A stretch of DNA of 64,000 bases, from assembly GCA_963664705.1 (NCBI GenBank), contig OY761556.1, positions 3,136,001 through 3,200,000 of the forward strand. Direction: 5' to 3'. The notes beneath the pieces were generated by a model, which saw only the letters and a program-made list of their open reading frames with translations, did not search any database and was not told the origin of the DNA. This DNA comes from Acidobacteriota bacterium. GTDB taxonomy: Bacteria > Acidobacteriota > UBA6911. This document shows positions 19,122 to 29,200 of this stretch, piece by piece; the stretch's first letter is position 1; each line of letters opens with the position of its first letter. Made by a program: the position numbers and the translations under genes.

Positions 19122-21806
19122 TTAGCCGGCAAGAGGATGAAGCGGATCAAGCTTATCCGGATCAATTCCAAGTTCTCTGATAGCGCTGCCCACTTCCGAT
19201 GCAGAAAGCTGGCCATCCTGAAATAGGGCGTGCATGGCTGCAACGGCAATACTCTCCGCATCCACTTCAAAGAAACGGCGCAGTGCTTCGCGCGTGTCGC
19301 TGCGACCGAACCCATCCGTGCCCAGCACGACATAGCGTTGGTCCACCCATGGTCGGATGAAATCCGGAAGTGTCTTCACAAAATCGGTCGCCGCAATGAT
19401 CGGGCCGGAGACACCTTCCAATACCTGCCGGATGTACGGAACCGATGGCTGCGATTCTGGATGAAGCCGGTTCCATCGATCCGCACAGAGGGCCTCGTCG
19501 CGCAGCTGCTGATAGCTTGTCGCGCTCCAGACATCCGCAGAGATCTGGAATTTTTGCGCCAGCAATTCCTGCGCCTGAAGAACGCATTTCATAATGGAAC
19601 CGCTGCCAAAGAGCTGCACGTGATGGTTCAGCTTCTGCGGCGCCGGGCGAAACAGATATAGCCCTTTGATGATCCCTTCCTCGACCCCATCGGGCATAGG
19701 CGGATGATAAATATTTTCGTTATATACCGTGAGGTAGTAAAAAACATCCTCCCCCTTCTGATACATCCGGACAAGGCCGCTTTTTACGATCATGGCAACC
19801 TCGTAGGCAAAAGCCGGATCATAGGAAACGATATTGGGAATTACCGATGCAAGTACCTGGCTGTGGCCATCCTCGTGCTGCAACCCTTCGCCATTCAAAG
19901 TGGTACGTCCCGCTGTGGCGCCAATAGCGAATCCGCGTCCTCGAGCGTCGCCGAATGCCCAGAACAGATCTCCGGTTCTTTGAAATCCGAACATCGAATA
20001 AAAGAGGTAGATAGGAATCATGTACTCGCCGTGCGTGGCATAGCTCGTTCCCGCGGATGTAAAGCTGGCGGCACTGCCGGCTTCCGTGATGCCCTCTTCA
20101 AGGATTTGCCCTTCCTTCGACTCGTTATAGCTGAGGAGCATTCCGGCATCCACGGACTCATACAACTGCCCCACGGAAGAATAAATGCCAAATTCGTGAA
20201 AGAAGGAATCCATGCCGAACGTGCGAGCTTCATCAGGAATAATGGGTACAATGCGCTTCCCAATTTCCTTGTCACGCATCAACAGCCGCAGCAATCGAAC
20301 AAAAGCCATCGTCGTGGATACTTCACGGCTGCTCCCGGTTCCCGTTTTGAATTCATCATAAAGGTCAGGCTTCGGAATCTGGAGCGGCTTGGCGCGCACC
20401 ACCCGCTTGGGGAGAGACCCTCCAAGAGCATGCCTTCTTTCCCGGAGGTACTCGATCTCCGGACTCTTCGGTCCGGGATGATAATAGGGGGCATCCTCCA
20501 ACTGCCTGTCACTGATCGGCAGCTCCAGCAAATTTCGAAAATCGCGCAACTGATCCAGATTCATCTTCTTCAGTTGATGCGTGACATTCTTGCCCAGGAA
20601 TCCTTCTCCGAGAGCCCAACCCTTTACGGTCTTCGCAAGGATAACGGTAGGCGCCCCCTGATTCTCTGTTGCGAGTTTGTAGGCGGAATATAGTTTCCGA
20701 TAATCATGTCCTCCTCGACGGAGGTTTTGCAGATCCTGATCGCTCAAGTTCTCCACGAGTTTCTTGAGACCGGGCTCGGGACCAAAAAAGTGTTCCCGAA
20801 TATAATCCCCTTTGGCCGTTGCATACTTCTGGTAGGCCCCATCCACGGTTTCATTCATTCTTTCCAACAGCAGGCCCTGTTTGTCTTTGCGCAACAGTTC
20901 ATCCCACGCGCGCCCCCAGATGACCTTGATGACATTCCATCCGGCTCCACGAAAAACCATTTCCAGTTCCTGGATGATTTTGCCATTGCCGCGTACCGGG
21001 CCGTCCAATCGCTGCAGATTGCAGTTGATAACGAAAACGAGATTATCGAGTTTCTCCCGCGAAGCCAAAAACAGCGAACCCAGCGCTTCCGGCTCATCGC
21101 ACTCGCCGTCTCCGAGAAAAGCCCAGACACGCGATTGCTCTGTATTGGCAATGCCTCGCGCCTGCACGAAACGATTGAATCGCGCCTGATAGATGGCGGT
21201 CAGCGGTCCCAGTCCCATCGACACCGTTGGGAATTCCCAGAATTCCGGCATCAGGCGAGGATGTGGATACGAGGAAAGCCCGGCGCCGGGAATTGTTTCC
21301 CTGCGAAAATTATCCATCTGCGATTCCGTGATCCGCCCCTCCAGAAAGGCGCGCGCATAAATGCCCGGCGATGCATGCCCCTGGATAAAAATCTGATCCC
21401 CCGCCGTTCCGTTATCCTTCCCACGGAAAAAATGGTTAAATCCAACATCGTATAATCCCGCCGAAGAAGCATAGGTCGAAATGTGGCCGCCGATTCCGTC
21501 GTAGTGCTTGTTTGCCCGCGTCACCATAACCACGGAATTCCACCGCTCCAGCCTGCGGATCCGCTTCTCCAGCTTTTCATCCCCGGGAAAAACCGCCTCC
21601 TGCTCCGGCGGAATGGTATTGATGTAGGGGGTTTGAACCAGTTCCGGAATGCCCACGTTGAGAGAGCGTGCTTTTTGCAAAAGTGTTCGCACCAGATAAC
21701 CGGCACGGCTCGTTCCTCTGTCACGGACTACCGCTTGGAGCGAATCCTGCCATTCCTGCGTTTCGGCCGGATCACCATCGGGCAATTGCTGATTTAGGAT
21801 AATCAA
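19122..21806 (-). CDS. aceE: Pyruvate dehydrogenase E1, homodimeric type
   Basis: DPAETQEW, GGHISTY, QGHASPG, FPTVSMGLG, GDGECDE, NCNLQRLDGP, EEGITEAG; TTG start with GGAGGGGA RBS. Confidence 0.96.
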   Translation of the reverse strand: MIILNQQLPDGDPAETQEWQDSLQAVVRDRGTSRAGYLVRTLLQKARSLNVGIPELVQTPYINTIPPEQEAVFPGDEKLEKRIRRLERWNSVVMVTRANKHYDGIGGHISTYASSAGLYDVGFNHFFRGKDNGTAGDQIFIQGHASPGIYARAFLEGRITESQMDNFRRETIPGAGLSSYPHPRLMPEFWEFPTVSMGLGPLTAIYQARFNRFVQARGIANTEQSRVWAFLGDGECDEPEALGSLFLASREKLDNLVFVINCNLQRLDGPVRGNGKIIQELEMVFRGAGWNVIKVIWGRAWDELLRKDKQGLLLERMNETVDGAYQKYATAKGDYIREHFFGPEPGLKKLVENLSDQDLQNLRRGGHDYRKLYSAYKLATENQGAPTVILAKTVKGWALGEGFLGKNVTHQLKKMNLDQLRDFRNLLELPISDRQLEDAPYYHPGPKSPEIEYLRERRHALGGSLPKRVVRAKPLQIPKPDLYDEFKTGTGSSREVSTTMAFVRLLRLLMRDKEIGKRIVPIIPDEARTFGMDSFFHEFGIYSSVGQLYESVDAGMLLSYNESKEGQILEEGITEAGSAASFTSAGTSYATHGEYMIPIYLFYSMFGFQRTGDLFWAFGDARGRGFAIGATAGRTTLNGEGLQHEDGHSQVLASVIPNIVSYDPAFAYEVAMIVKSGLVRMYQKGEDVFYYLTVYNENIYHPPMPDGVEEGIIKGLYLFRPAPQKLNHHVQLFGSGSIMKCVLQAQELLAQKFQISADVWSATSYQQLRDEALCADRWNRLHPESQPSVPYIRQVLEGVSGPIIAATDFVKTLPDFIRPWVDQRYVVLGTDGFGRSDTREALRRFFEVDAESIAVAAMHALFQDGQLSASEVGSAIRELGIDPDKLDPLHPLAG

Positions 21807-22187
21807 TTCGTATTCCCCTCCATCATCCCTACTACTGAATTATGTTACCGAATCGGTCTCCGCTCCAGAAATCCATTTTCCCTGCCGGAATGCGCAAACC
21901 CTCAAGTTACATATCGCCCAATAAAGCAAGACTGTTTTCAAAGGAAATAGGAAAAATATTCCGGTTTGACATCCAATTGGAAATCAGGAACCAGATCAGG
22001 GAAATTTTACCCGATTCCCTTAACGGCCATCCCCTGGGGCAATCAGGCAAAACTCTTTTCTTTACAGCATTATACACCATTTTGCGCACCTGGCACACCG
22101 ATTGCACTTGAAGAGGCTGACAGCACTAAAAGGAGATCTCCTAAATTGGAGACACGTTTTGTACTCAAATAGGAACCAGGAGGATAT

Positions 22188-23267
22188 ATGAGCAGAACCC
22201 AATATCGGCGTTGGACACTTGTACTGTTTACGGCCTTCGCTTTGACGCTTGCTACGGTAAGCTTCGCTCAGGTCGAAGGGAAAGCGGCGCCCAACCAGGC
22301 TCAGACAAACACCCTGCAGGTTGCTGCCGGGCAGAAAATGAATATCGAGGGCGTTGTGTACGGCCAGCAGCAGGACAGTATCATAGTGCGGGCTACCGGT
22401 GGGGGGATATACAATGTCACCTTCTCCGCCAACCCCGAAGTAAAGGAAAAGAAAAGCAACCCATTCCGGTCTGCCCGCAAATATACCAAGGCTGACCTTG
22501 TACCTGGACTACATGTTGAGGTCAAAGGGACGGGCGACAATTCTGGAGGTATCGCGGCCAGGGAAATCCGCCTCACACAGGATGATTTCAAGGTAGCCCA
22601 GACGATTGACACGCGCGTCGTGCCGGTGGAAAACCGATTGTCGGATACGCAGGCACGACTTGGAGAGGCGGAGCAGAACGCACAGCGCTTGTCCGGTCAG
22701 GTTCAGGAAATTTCCATCATCTCCAATGCAGCGCGCACCGGGGCGAAAACCGCCCAGGATACGGCGGACAATGCCATGAGCACCGCGACGGATGCCCGAT
22801 CGCGCGCAGACAGTGCCAAGGTTGGCGTCCAGGCCGCCAACGAACGGATAACGTCACTGGATGACTATGCAGTGAAAAACTTGGCAACCGTTCATTTCAA
22901 GGTTGGCAGCTCGAATCTTTCCAAGGAAGACAGGGACGAACTGAGCAAATTTGCCGAGCAAATCAAAGAAGAGCGAGGCTACGTGATTGAAGTGGCCGGA
23001 TTTGCTTCATCGGATGGAGATGTTTCCGTCAACCGCAAGCTCAGCCAGCGACGCGCCGATGCCGTGATTCAATACCTGGCCGAGAACTACTCTATCCCGC
23101 TTCGAAGATTCATCACCCCGATGGGATATGGAGAGAGCCAGCCGGTAGGCGATAATAAAACGCACACCGGCCGTGTGGAAAATCGCCGGGTCGAAGTCCG
23201 GATTCTTGTCAGTAAAGGGCTGACGCCAACCGAAGGCCCAAGCACATCCATCCACGCTTCCAACTAG
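22188..23267 (+). CDS. OmpA-family peptidoglycan-binding protein with N-terminal beta domain and coiled coil
   Basis: Signal peptide; C-terminal NRKLSQRRADAV, GYGE, NRRVEV; central Ala-rich heptads. Confidence 0.88.
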   Translation: MSRTQYRRWTLVLFTAFALTLATVSFAQVEGKAAPNQAQTNTLQVAAGQKMNIEGVVYGQQQDSIIVRATGGGIYNVTFSANPEVKEKKSNPFRSARKYTKADLVPGLHVEVKGTGDNSGGIAAREIRLTQDDFKVAQTIDTRVVPVENRLSDTQARLGEAEQNAQRLSGQVQEISIISNAARTGAKTAQDTADNAMSTATDARSRADSAKVGVQAANERITSLDDYAVKNLATVHFKVGSSNLSKEDRDELSKFAEQIKEERGYVIEVAGFASSDGDVSVNRKLSQRRADAVIQYLAENYSIPLRRFITPMGYGESQPVGDNKTHTGRVENRRVEVRILVSKGLTPTEGPSTSIHASN

Positions 23268-23287
23268 CGGCACACTAACAGGCTTTG

Positions 23288-23336
23288 AAGCCCTGGAGTC
23301 TCCCGGACTTTTGTTCTCGGAGCTCCAGGGCTTTGT
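23288..23336 (+). terminator. Hairpin/terminator after the OmpA-family gene
   Basis: AAGCCCTGGAG / CTCCAGGGCTT perfect 11-bp stem. Confidence 0.6.
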
Positions 23337-23347
23337 AGCTGGAATTC

Positions 23348-24316
23348 ATGGAGTGGTCACCCCGCATGCGCGCCTATCCGGCCTTTTCATTGATTCTTGC
23401 CCTTGTCTTGGCATCGATCCCTTTCCTCAAGGGAATGGGGCAGGACACCCAAGGCGCCGCCGTCCAAGCTCCAACCGTCATTCGTGTCAGCACCAATCTT
23501 GTCATGGTTCCCGTCTCGGTTACCGACGCATCGGGGCGCACGATTGCCAATCTCGGCAAAGACGATTTTCAGATCGAGGAGGATGGAGTTATCGAAAGCA
23601 TTTCCAGGATAGCGGAAGCCGGACAATCGCCGCTGCAACTGGCTCTGCTTTTCGATGTATCTGGAAGTGTGAACAAGCGGTTTGATTTCGAGCAGCAGGC
23701 TGCGACCCGGTTCCTTCAAAAGATATGGAAACCAGGGGATGCCATCACCATAGTCTCGTTCAGCGAAGAACCGCACATCGGCATCCGCAATTCCAGATCG
23801 CTGACCGATGCGCTTCAGGACCTTCAGGGACTGCAGCCCACCGAGAGCGTGACCGCCCTGTACGACTCCGTAGTGGCGTCAGCCCGACTTCTGAAATCCT
23901 ATGCAACCTCCGAAAGTCGTCAGGCGGAGATTGTGATATCGGATGGAGAAGATAACCGAAGCGAAGCTTCCATGAAGGACGCGCTCCGGGAAATACAGCG
24001 CTGCGATACAATCTTTTACTCGATCAACCCGGGAGGCAATTCGATCCGGCTTAACGATATCAGCATCCGTGGACAGAAGGATCTTGTCCTGCTTGCGCGC
24101 GAAACCGGCGGAACCGCCTTCGTCTCCGACCGAGCCAGCGATTTGGATGAAATATTCGGGAGAATTGCCAACGAACTGCGGGCACAGTATCTTCTCGGCT
24201 ACTATTCCTCCAATCCGCGACTGGATGGACAATTCAGGCAGATTGCCGTCTCTATTCCGAAAAAGCCGGACCTCCGCGTCCGCTCACGACAGGGTTATTA
24301 CGCCGCCCGGAAATAA
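23348..24316 (+). CDS. Acidobacterial-type VWA domain protein
   Basis: IRVSTNLVMVPVSV, DVSGS MIDAS, TALYD, SDGEDN, ELRAQYLLGY, VRSRQGYYA. Confidence 0.9.
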   Translation: MEWSPRMRAYPAFSLILALVLASIPFLKGMGQDTQGAAVQAPTVIRVSTNLVMVPVSVTDASGRTIANLGKDDFQIEEDGVIESISRIAEAGQSPLQLALLFDVSGSVNKRFDFEQQAATRFLQKIWKPGDAITIVSFSEEPHIGIRNSRSLTDALQDLQGLQPTESVTALYDSVVASARLLKSYATSESRQAEIVISDGEDNRSEASMKDALREIQRCDTIFYSINPGGNSIRLNDISIRGQKDLVLLARETGGTAFVSDRASDLDEIFGRIANELRAQYLLGYYSSNPRLDGQFRQIAVSIPKKPDLRVRSRQGYYAARK

Positions 24317-24426
24317 TCTGCTCCTTCCGATCCAAACCAGTAAATCCAAGCATCTTTCTGTACTACCGGCAGTTTCGACATTTTATTTTGTTGAGCTTTT
24401 GCGGTTGCAAGCTACTATGGAAAGTT

Positions 24427-25152
24427 ATGTTCGGAAAACGATTTAAGACGGCGTTCATACTGGGAGCGGGGCTCGGGACCCGCCTCCGTCCCTTGACTGA
24501 GACGTGCCCGAAACCGCTTCTACCTCTCGGCGGTCGTCCCGTCATCACCTATGCGATGGATCACTTGCGGAGCGTCGGAATCGAGCGATTTATCATCAAC
24601 ACGCATCACCACGCAGAGGTATATTCGCAGCACTTCCCGGATGGTCAGTGGGAGGGAATCCCGATCATTTTTCGGCATGAGCCGGTATTGCTGGATACGG
24701 CCGGAGGGCTCAAGAATATCGAAGATCTGCTGGCCGAAGACGAAACGATCCTCTGCTATAACGGAGATATCCTGGCCGATTTTTCGCTGTCGAAATTGTT
24801 GAATCGCCACCAACACGGCAATCCTGAAGCCACCATGGTGCTGCGAAGCGATGGTTCATTGAAGAACGTCAATATCGACGAACAAGGCCGGATCTGTGAT
24901 ATCCGGAATACGCTGATGCAGCCGGGTGTTCAAAGCTGCCTCTTTGCAGGCATCTATGCAGTCGAAACGTCCCTGCTGCGGCACATTGAAAAAGGAAGGA
25001 TTGAAAGCATCGTCTCAACCTTTATCGATCGTATCCGGGAAAAACCGGGCAGTATTGCCGGCGTCCTTATCGATGAGGGAGATTGGCACGATATCGGCTC
25101 GATCGACGAATACCAGCTTCTAAGCAAAAAAATGACGGATCGGAAGGAGTAG
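24427..25152 (+). CDS. Nucleotidyltransferase, MurU-like
   Basis: GAGLGTRLRPLT..PKPL, NTHH, LDTAGGL, YNGD, WHDIG; paired with a phosphotransferase. Confidence 0.85.
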   Translation: MFGKRFKTAFILGAGLGTRLRPLTETCPKPLLPLGGRPVITYAMDHLRSVGIERFIINTHHHAEVYSQHFPDGQWEGIPIIFRHEPVLLDTAGGLKNIEDLLAEDETILCYNGDILADFSLSKLLNRHQHGNPEATMVLRSDGSLKNVNIDEQGRICDIRNTLMQPGVQSCLFAGIYAVETSLLRHIEKGRIESIVSTFIDRIREKPGSIAGVLIDEGDWHDIGSIDEYQLLSKKMTDRKE

Positions 25153-25157
25153 TCAGG

Positions 25158-26180
25158 ATGCAGGAGAAATTGGTCCGCTTTATACAGGAAGCCCTGGATG
25201 TTGCAGATGAATCTCGTTTCAAAATTATTCCATTTGAAGGGCGGGGATCCGATCGGGCCTATTTTCGAGTCCTTTGGGATCATCAATCTGCCATCCTTGT
25301 CCACTACCAGCCGAGCCGGACTGAAAATACCTATTTCGCCGATATAGCCCTTTTTCTTGCCAAACAAGGCATCCCCGTTCCCGAATTGCTAAAGCATGAT
25401 CCTGCAAAATGCCTCATTCTGATGAATGACTTGGGGGATGTAGACCTTTGGGCGCTTCGAAATGAACCCTGGCCTGTGCGAAAGACTCTGTACGAAAAAG
25501 CGTTGAGGGTTGCACACAGGCTTCATTCCCTGGCCGAAAAACAATTCCCCGCCGATCGGATACCTCTCGCCGAGGCTTTTGGCCCCGGATTGTATCGATG
25601 GGAACGCGGCTATTTCAGGGATAATTTCGTGGAAACCCTGTGTGGGCTGAAGCTCGGGCCAGACATGAGCCTTCGTCTGGAAGAAGAACTGTCCGGATTG
25701 GCTGAACGACTATCCTCGCGCAGACGATGCCTTGTCCACCGCGATCTGCAGTCGCAAAATGTAATGGTACACCGCGATCAGACTTACCTTATAGATTTTC
25801 AGGGGATGCGTTTTGGAACCTGCTTCTATGATTTGGGGTCCATTTTATGTGACCCGTATGTGGGCTTCGCCGCGCACGAACGGGAGGAATTGCTCGCTTT
25901 CTATTATGGGCTATCGGAGCAGGAGATTAGCTGGAGTGAATTTCAAATTGCCTTTTGGGAAGCTTCAGCGCAACGTCTGATGCAGGCACTGGGCGCCTAT
26001 GGTTTTCTGGGCACAAAGCGCGGATTAACCGGCTACCTGCGCCATGTCTCGCCCGGGATTCGAAATCTACACACGGCTGCCGAGAATGCAGCTTCTCTGC
26101 CTGCTCTTTTGGAAGTATGCATGCAATGCGAAAACACGGGAATTCCAAATTCCAGATTTCAAATTTCTGATCAGACCTAA
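25158..26180 (+). CDS. APH-family phosphotransferase, AmgK-like
   Basis: GSDRAYFR, NDLGD, HRDLQSQN, IDFQG, YDLGSIL.DPY, QRLMQALG. Confidence 0.85.
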   Translation: MQEKLVRFIQEALDVADESRFKIIPFEGRGSDRAYFRVLWDHQSAILVHYQPSRTENTYFADIALFLAKQGIPVPELLKHDPAKCLILMNDLGDVDLWALRNEPWPVRKTLYEKALRVAHRLHSLAEKQFPADRIPLAEAFGPGLYRWERGYFRDNFVETLCGLKLGPDMSLRLEEELSGLAERLSSRRRCLVHRDLQSQNVMVHRDQTYLIDFQGMRFGTCFYDLGSILCDPYVGFAAHEREELLAFYYGLSEQEISWSEFQIAFWEASAQRLMQALGAYGFLGTKRGLTGYLRHVSPGIRNLHTAAENAASLPALLEVCMQCENTGIPNSRFQISDQT

Positions 26181-26228
26181 CCCCATCTTTCGGGGATCTG
26201 AGATACGGAGTTTGAAAACTGAAGGAGT

Positions 26229-29200
26229 ATGCTGATGATCACCCGACGGTCCTGGCTCATTGTTGCGGTTGTCCTTTGCAGCTTCAGTCTCTCCTTGCTG
26301 GCTCAACAGCAGGCGCGCATTCAGGAATTCACTCCTCAAGGAACGGTTCGGACTATTCGCCAGGTGCGGGTACGGTTTTCCGAAGCAATGGTGGCTTTCG
26401 GAGACCCGCATGCCGCTTCATCGCCATTCAGCATAAGCTGCGATGAAAAGGGGGCAGGCCGATGGGCTGATTCTACAAACTGGGCCTATGATTTTGAGAG
26501 GGACCTGCCTGCGGGCATCCGTTGCGAATTCACAGTCCGGGATGATCTGAAAAGCCTGAACGGCAATGCCATCACCGGCCAGCGGCGCTTCCAGCTTTCA
26601 ACCGGAGGTCCCGCAATCCTCCGAACCACTCCCTACCAGGGCTCCGAATCCATCAGCGATGATCAGATCTTCATCCTCGAGCTCAATGGCCCCGCCGTAG
26701 AGTCCTCTGTCTTGTCTCACGTGTCCTTTACGGTTCAGGGTATTTCGGAAAAGGTAGGAATTCGCATCGTATCCGGACCACAGCGAGAGGAGATTATCAA
26801 TTCTCGCTATCCCGCGCGCTATTACGAGAAACGACCGGGCAATCTTCTGCTGATTCAGTCAAAGCAGCGATTCCCTGCCCGATCCCAGGTAAACCTTGTA
26901 TGGGGGGCGGGTGTCGCTTCCCCATCCGGTGTAGTGACCGGCCAGGATCAGGTAATTCCCTATAAAACCCAGGTACCATTCATCGCAACCTTTCATTGCC
27001 AGAGAGAGAACCCGCAATCGCAATGCGTTCCGGTCAGTACCATGCACCTCTCATTCTCGGCACCGGTATCCTGGAAAACCGCAAAAAACGTGATCCTGAA
27101 AGGACCGGCAGGAAAGGTTTGGAAGGCAAAAGCCCAATTCGAAGAAGATGCAGAGGAAGAATCCAAAGAAACTGGTGATCGCACTGTCAATGGCGTAACG
27201 TTCCAGCCTCCCTTTCCGGAGAGCGCAGCTTTCACGATTGAGATTCCCCAGGGCATTGAAGATGATGCGGGGCACAAGCTCACCAATACAGGAAGTTTTC
27301 CCCTGAAGGTGCGAACGGACGAATACCCGCCGCTTGCAAAGTTTGCCGCCGATTTTGGAATTCTCGAGCTGAATGCCGAGCCGGCCCTGCCTGTCACGTT
27401 GAGAAATATCGAATCGGAGTTATCCGGAAAGATTTTTGAGAATACGGGAGGGGCCGACGGCTTCGATCCCGTCGTCCAGGAACCTGGCGCACAAAGGATC
27501 ATCAGCGATCTGAAAGGGAAAGTCCTGAAGATCCCCGCAGACAAAGCAAACCAGATGCTGGGCTGGATCAACAAAGTATCCCAGCGCGGATGGGATGACC
27601 GCGACAAGTCGGTATTTGGCGCAGTAACCGCGCCCAGAACAAAAGCCTTCAAACTGCCCAGGCCTCAGGGTGGCAAGCCCTTTGAGGTCATTGGTATTCC
27701 ACTGAAAGACCCGGGCTTCTATGTGGTTGAGATCGAGAGCGGCATGCTTGGCGCGTCCCTTCTTGGCGCCTCCAAACCAATGTACGTCCCGACAACCGTG
27801 CTGGTCACGAATCTCTCGGTCCACTTCAAGTGGGGTGCCGAATCATCGCTGGTTTGGGTCACAACGCTGGATAAAGCCGAACCGGTCAAGCAGGCTAAAG
27901 TGGAAATCCTTGACTGCGAGGGAAAGCTCCGCGCGCAAGGAACAACGGATGCGAGCGGAATCCTGCGCATTCCTTCCCTTCCAACATCGCGTGAAGTACC
28001 CACCTGCCGCGAAAATCGCTATGCCCGAGAGGGATTGTTGGCAACAGCCCAGTCAAACAATGATATGGCTTTTGTGCACAGCGGCTGGAATGAGGGGATA
28101 GAAAGCTGGCGATACAACCTCCCGACCGAATGGCGCCCGAATCTGCTGGCGGTTCATACGATTCTGGACCGAAGCCTTTTCCGGGCCGGCGAGACCGTGC
28201 ATATGAAACATCTTTTCCGCAAAAAGGTGCTGGCTGGCTTCGCATTGAATCCGGCAGAGCCATTGCCAAAGAAGGCCGTCATCCAGCATCTGGGCACGGA
28301 CCAGAAATATGAATTCCCCCTGAAATGGGATGCCGCAGGAATCTCCGAAAGCACATGGAACATCCCCAAGGATGCCAAACTGGGAACATACCAGATCTAT
28401 TTCCACACTGGCGATGAAGCCAAAACCAATGAGGAAGAAGAATACGATTCTTATGGCGCGGCACCGGTTTCCGGCTATTTCCGGGTGGAGGAATATCGCG
28501 TCCCGCTGACGCGAGCCATCATTCGCCCGCCTTCGGAACCCCTTGTTGTCCCGGCTACGGTTCCAGTGGATCTGACCGTAAGCTATCTCAGCGGCGGGGG
28601 CGCTTCCGGACTGCCCGTTAAGTTCCGCTATGACGTGAAACCCCGCTATATTTCGGGAGTAGAGGGTTTCGAGGACTATCTCTTTTCCAACGGCAACGTG
28701 AAAGAAGGCATCGTTCGCCACGACCTGGAGGAGAGCGAAACTAGTGAACCGGCCTTGAAAAGCATTGACCTGAATCTGGACAAGACAGGATCGGCGCGCA
28801 CAACTATCACGGGGCTTGCGCCGGCCAATATTCCGACGCAGATCCTTGCGGAACTGGAATTCCGGGATCCGAATGGCGAAGTACAGACGGCAGCGTCCTC
28901 CATCCCCGTCTGGCCTGCTTCCCGCATGATCGGAATCCAACCGGATTCCTGGATGCAATCCAAGGGCTCTCTGAAATTTAAGGTGGCCGTTCTGGACTTG
29001 AAGCGCAAACCGGTGGCCAACGCCCCGGTTAGTGTTCTGCTCCTTCAACGCAAATCCTACTCCCACAGGAAACGTCTCGTGGGCGGATTTTATGCCTATG
29101 AAAATTATACGGAGACGAAGAGGATCGGTTCCGTGTGCAATGGGAAGACCGACAGCAAAGGTCTGCTGATCTGCGCATCATCGCAAACCGTTTCGGGAAA

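Noticed and set aside
17370-19226. 618-aa plus-strand ORF
   Set aside because: Antisense shadow of the M16 peptidase genes; no recognisable motifs
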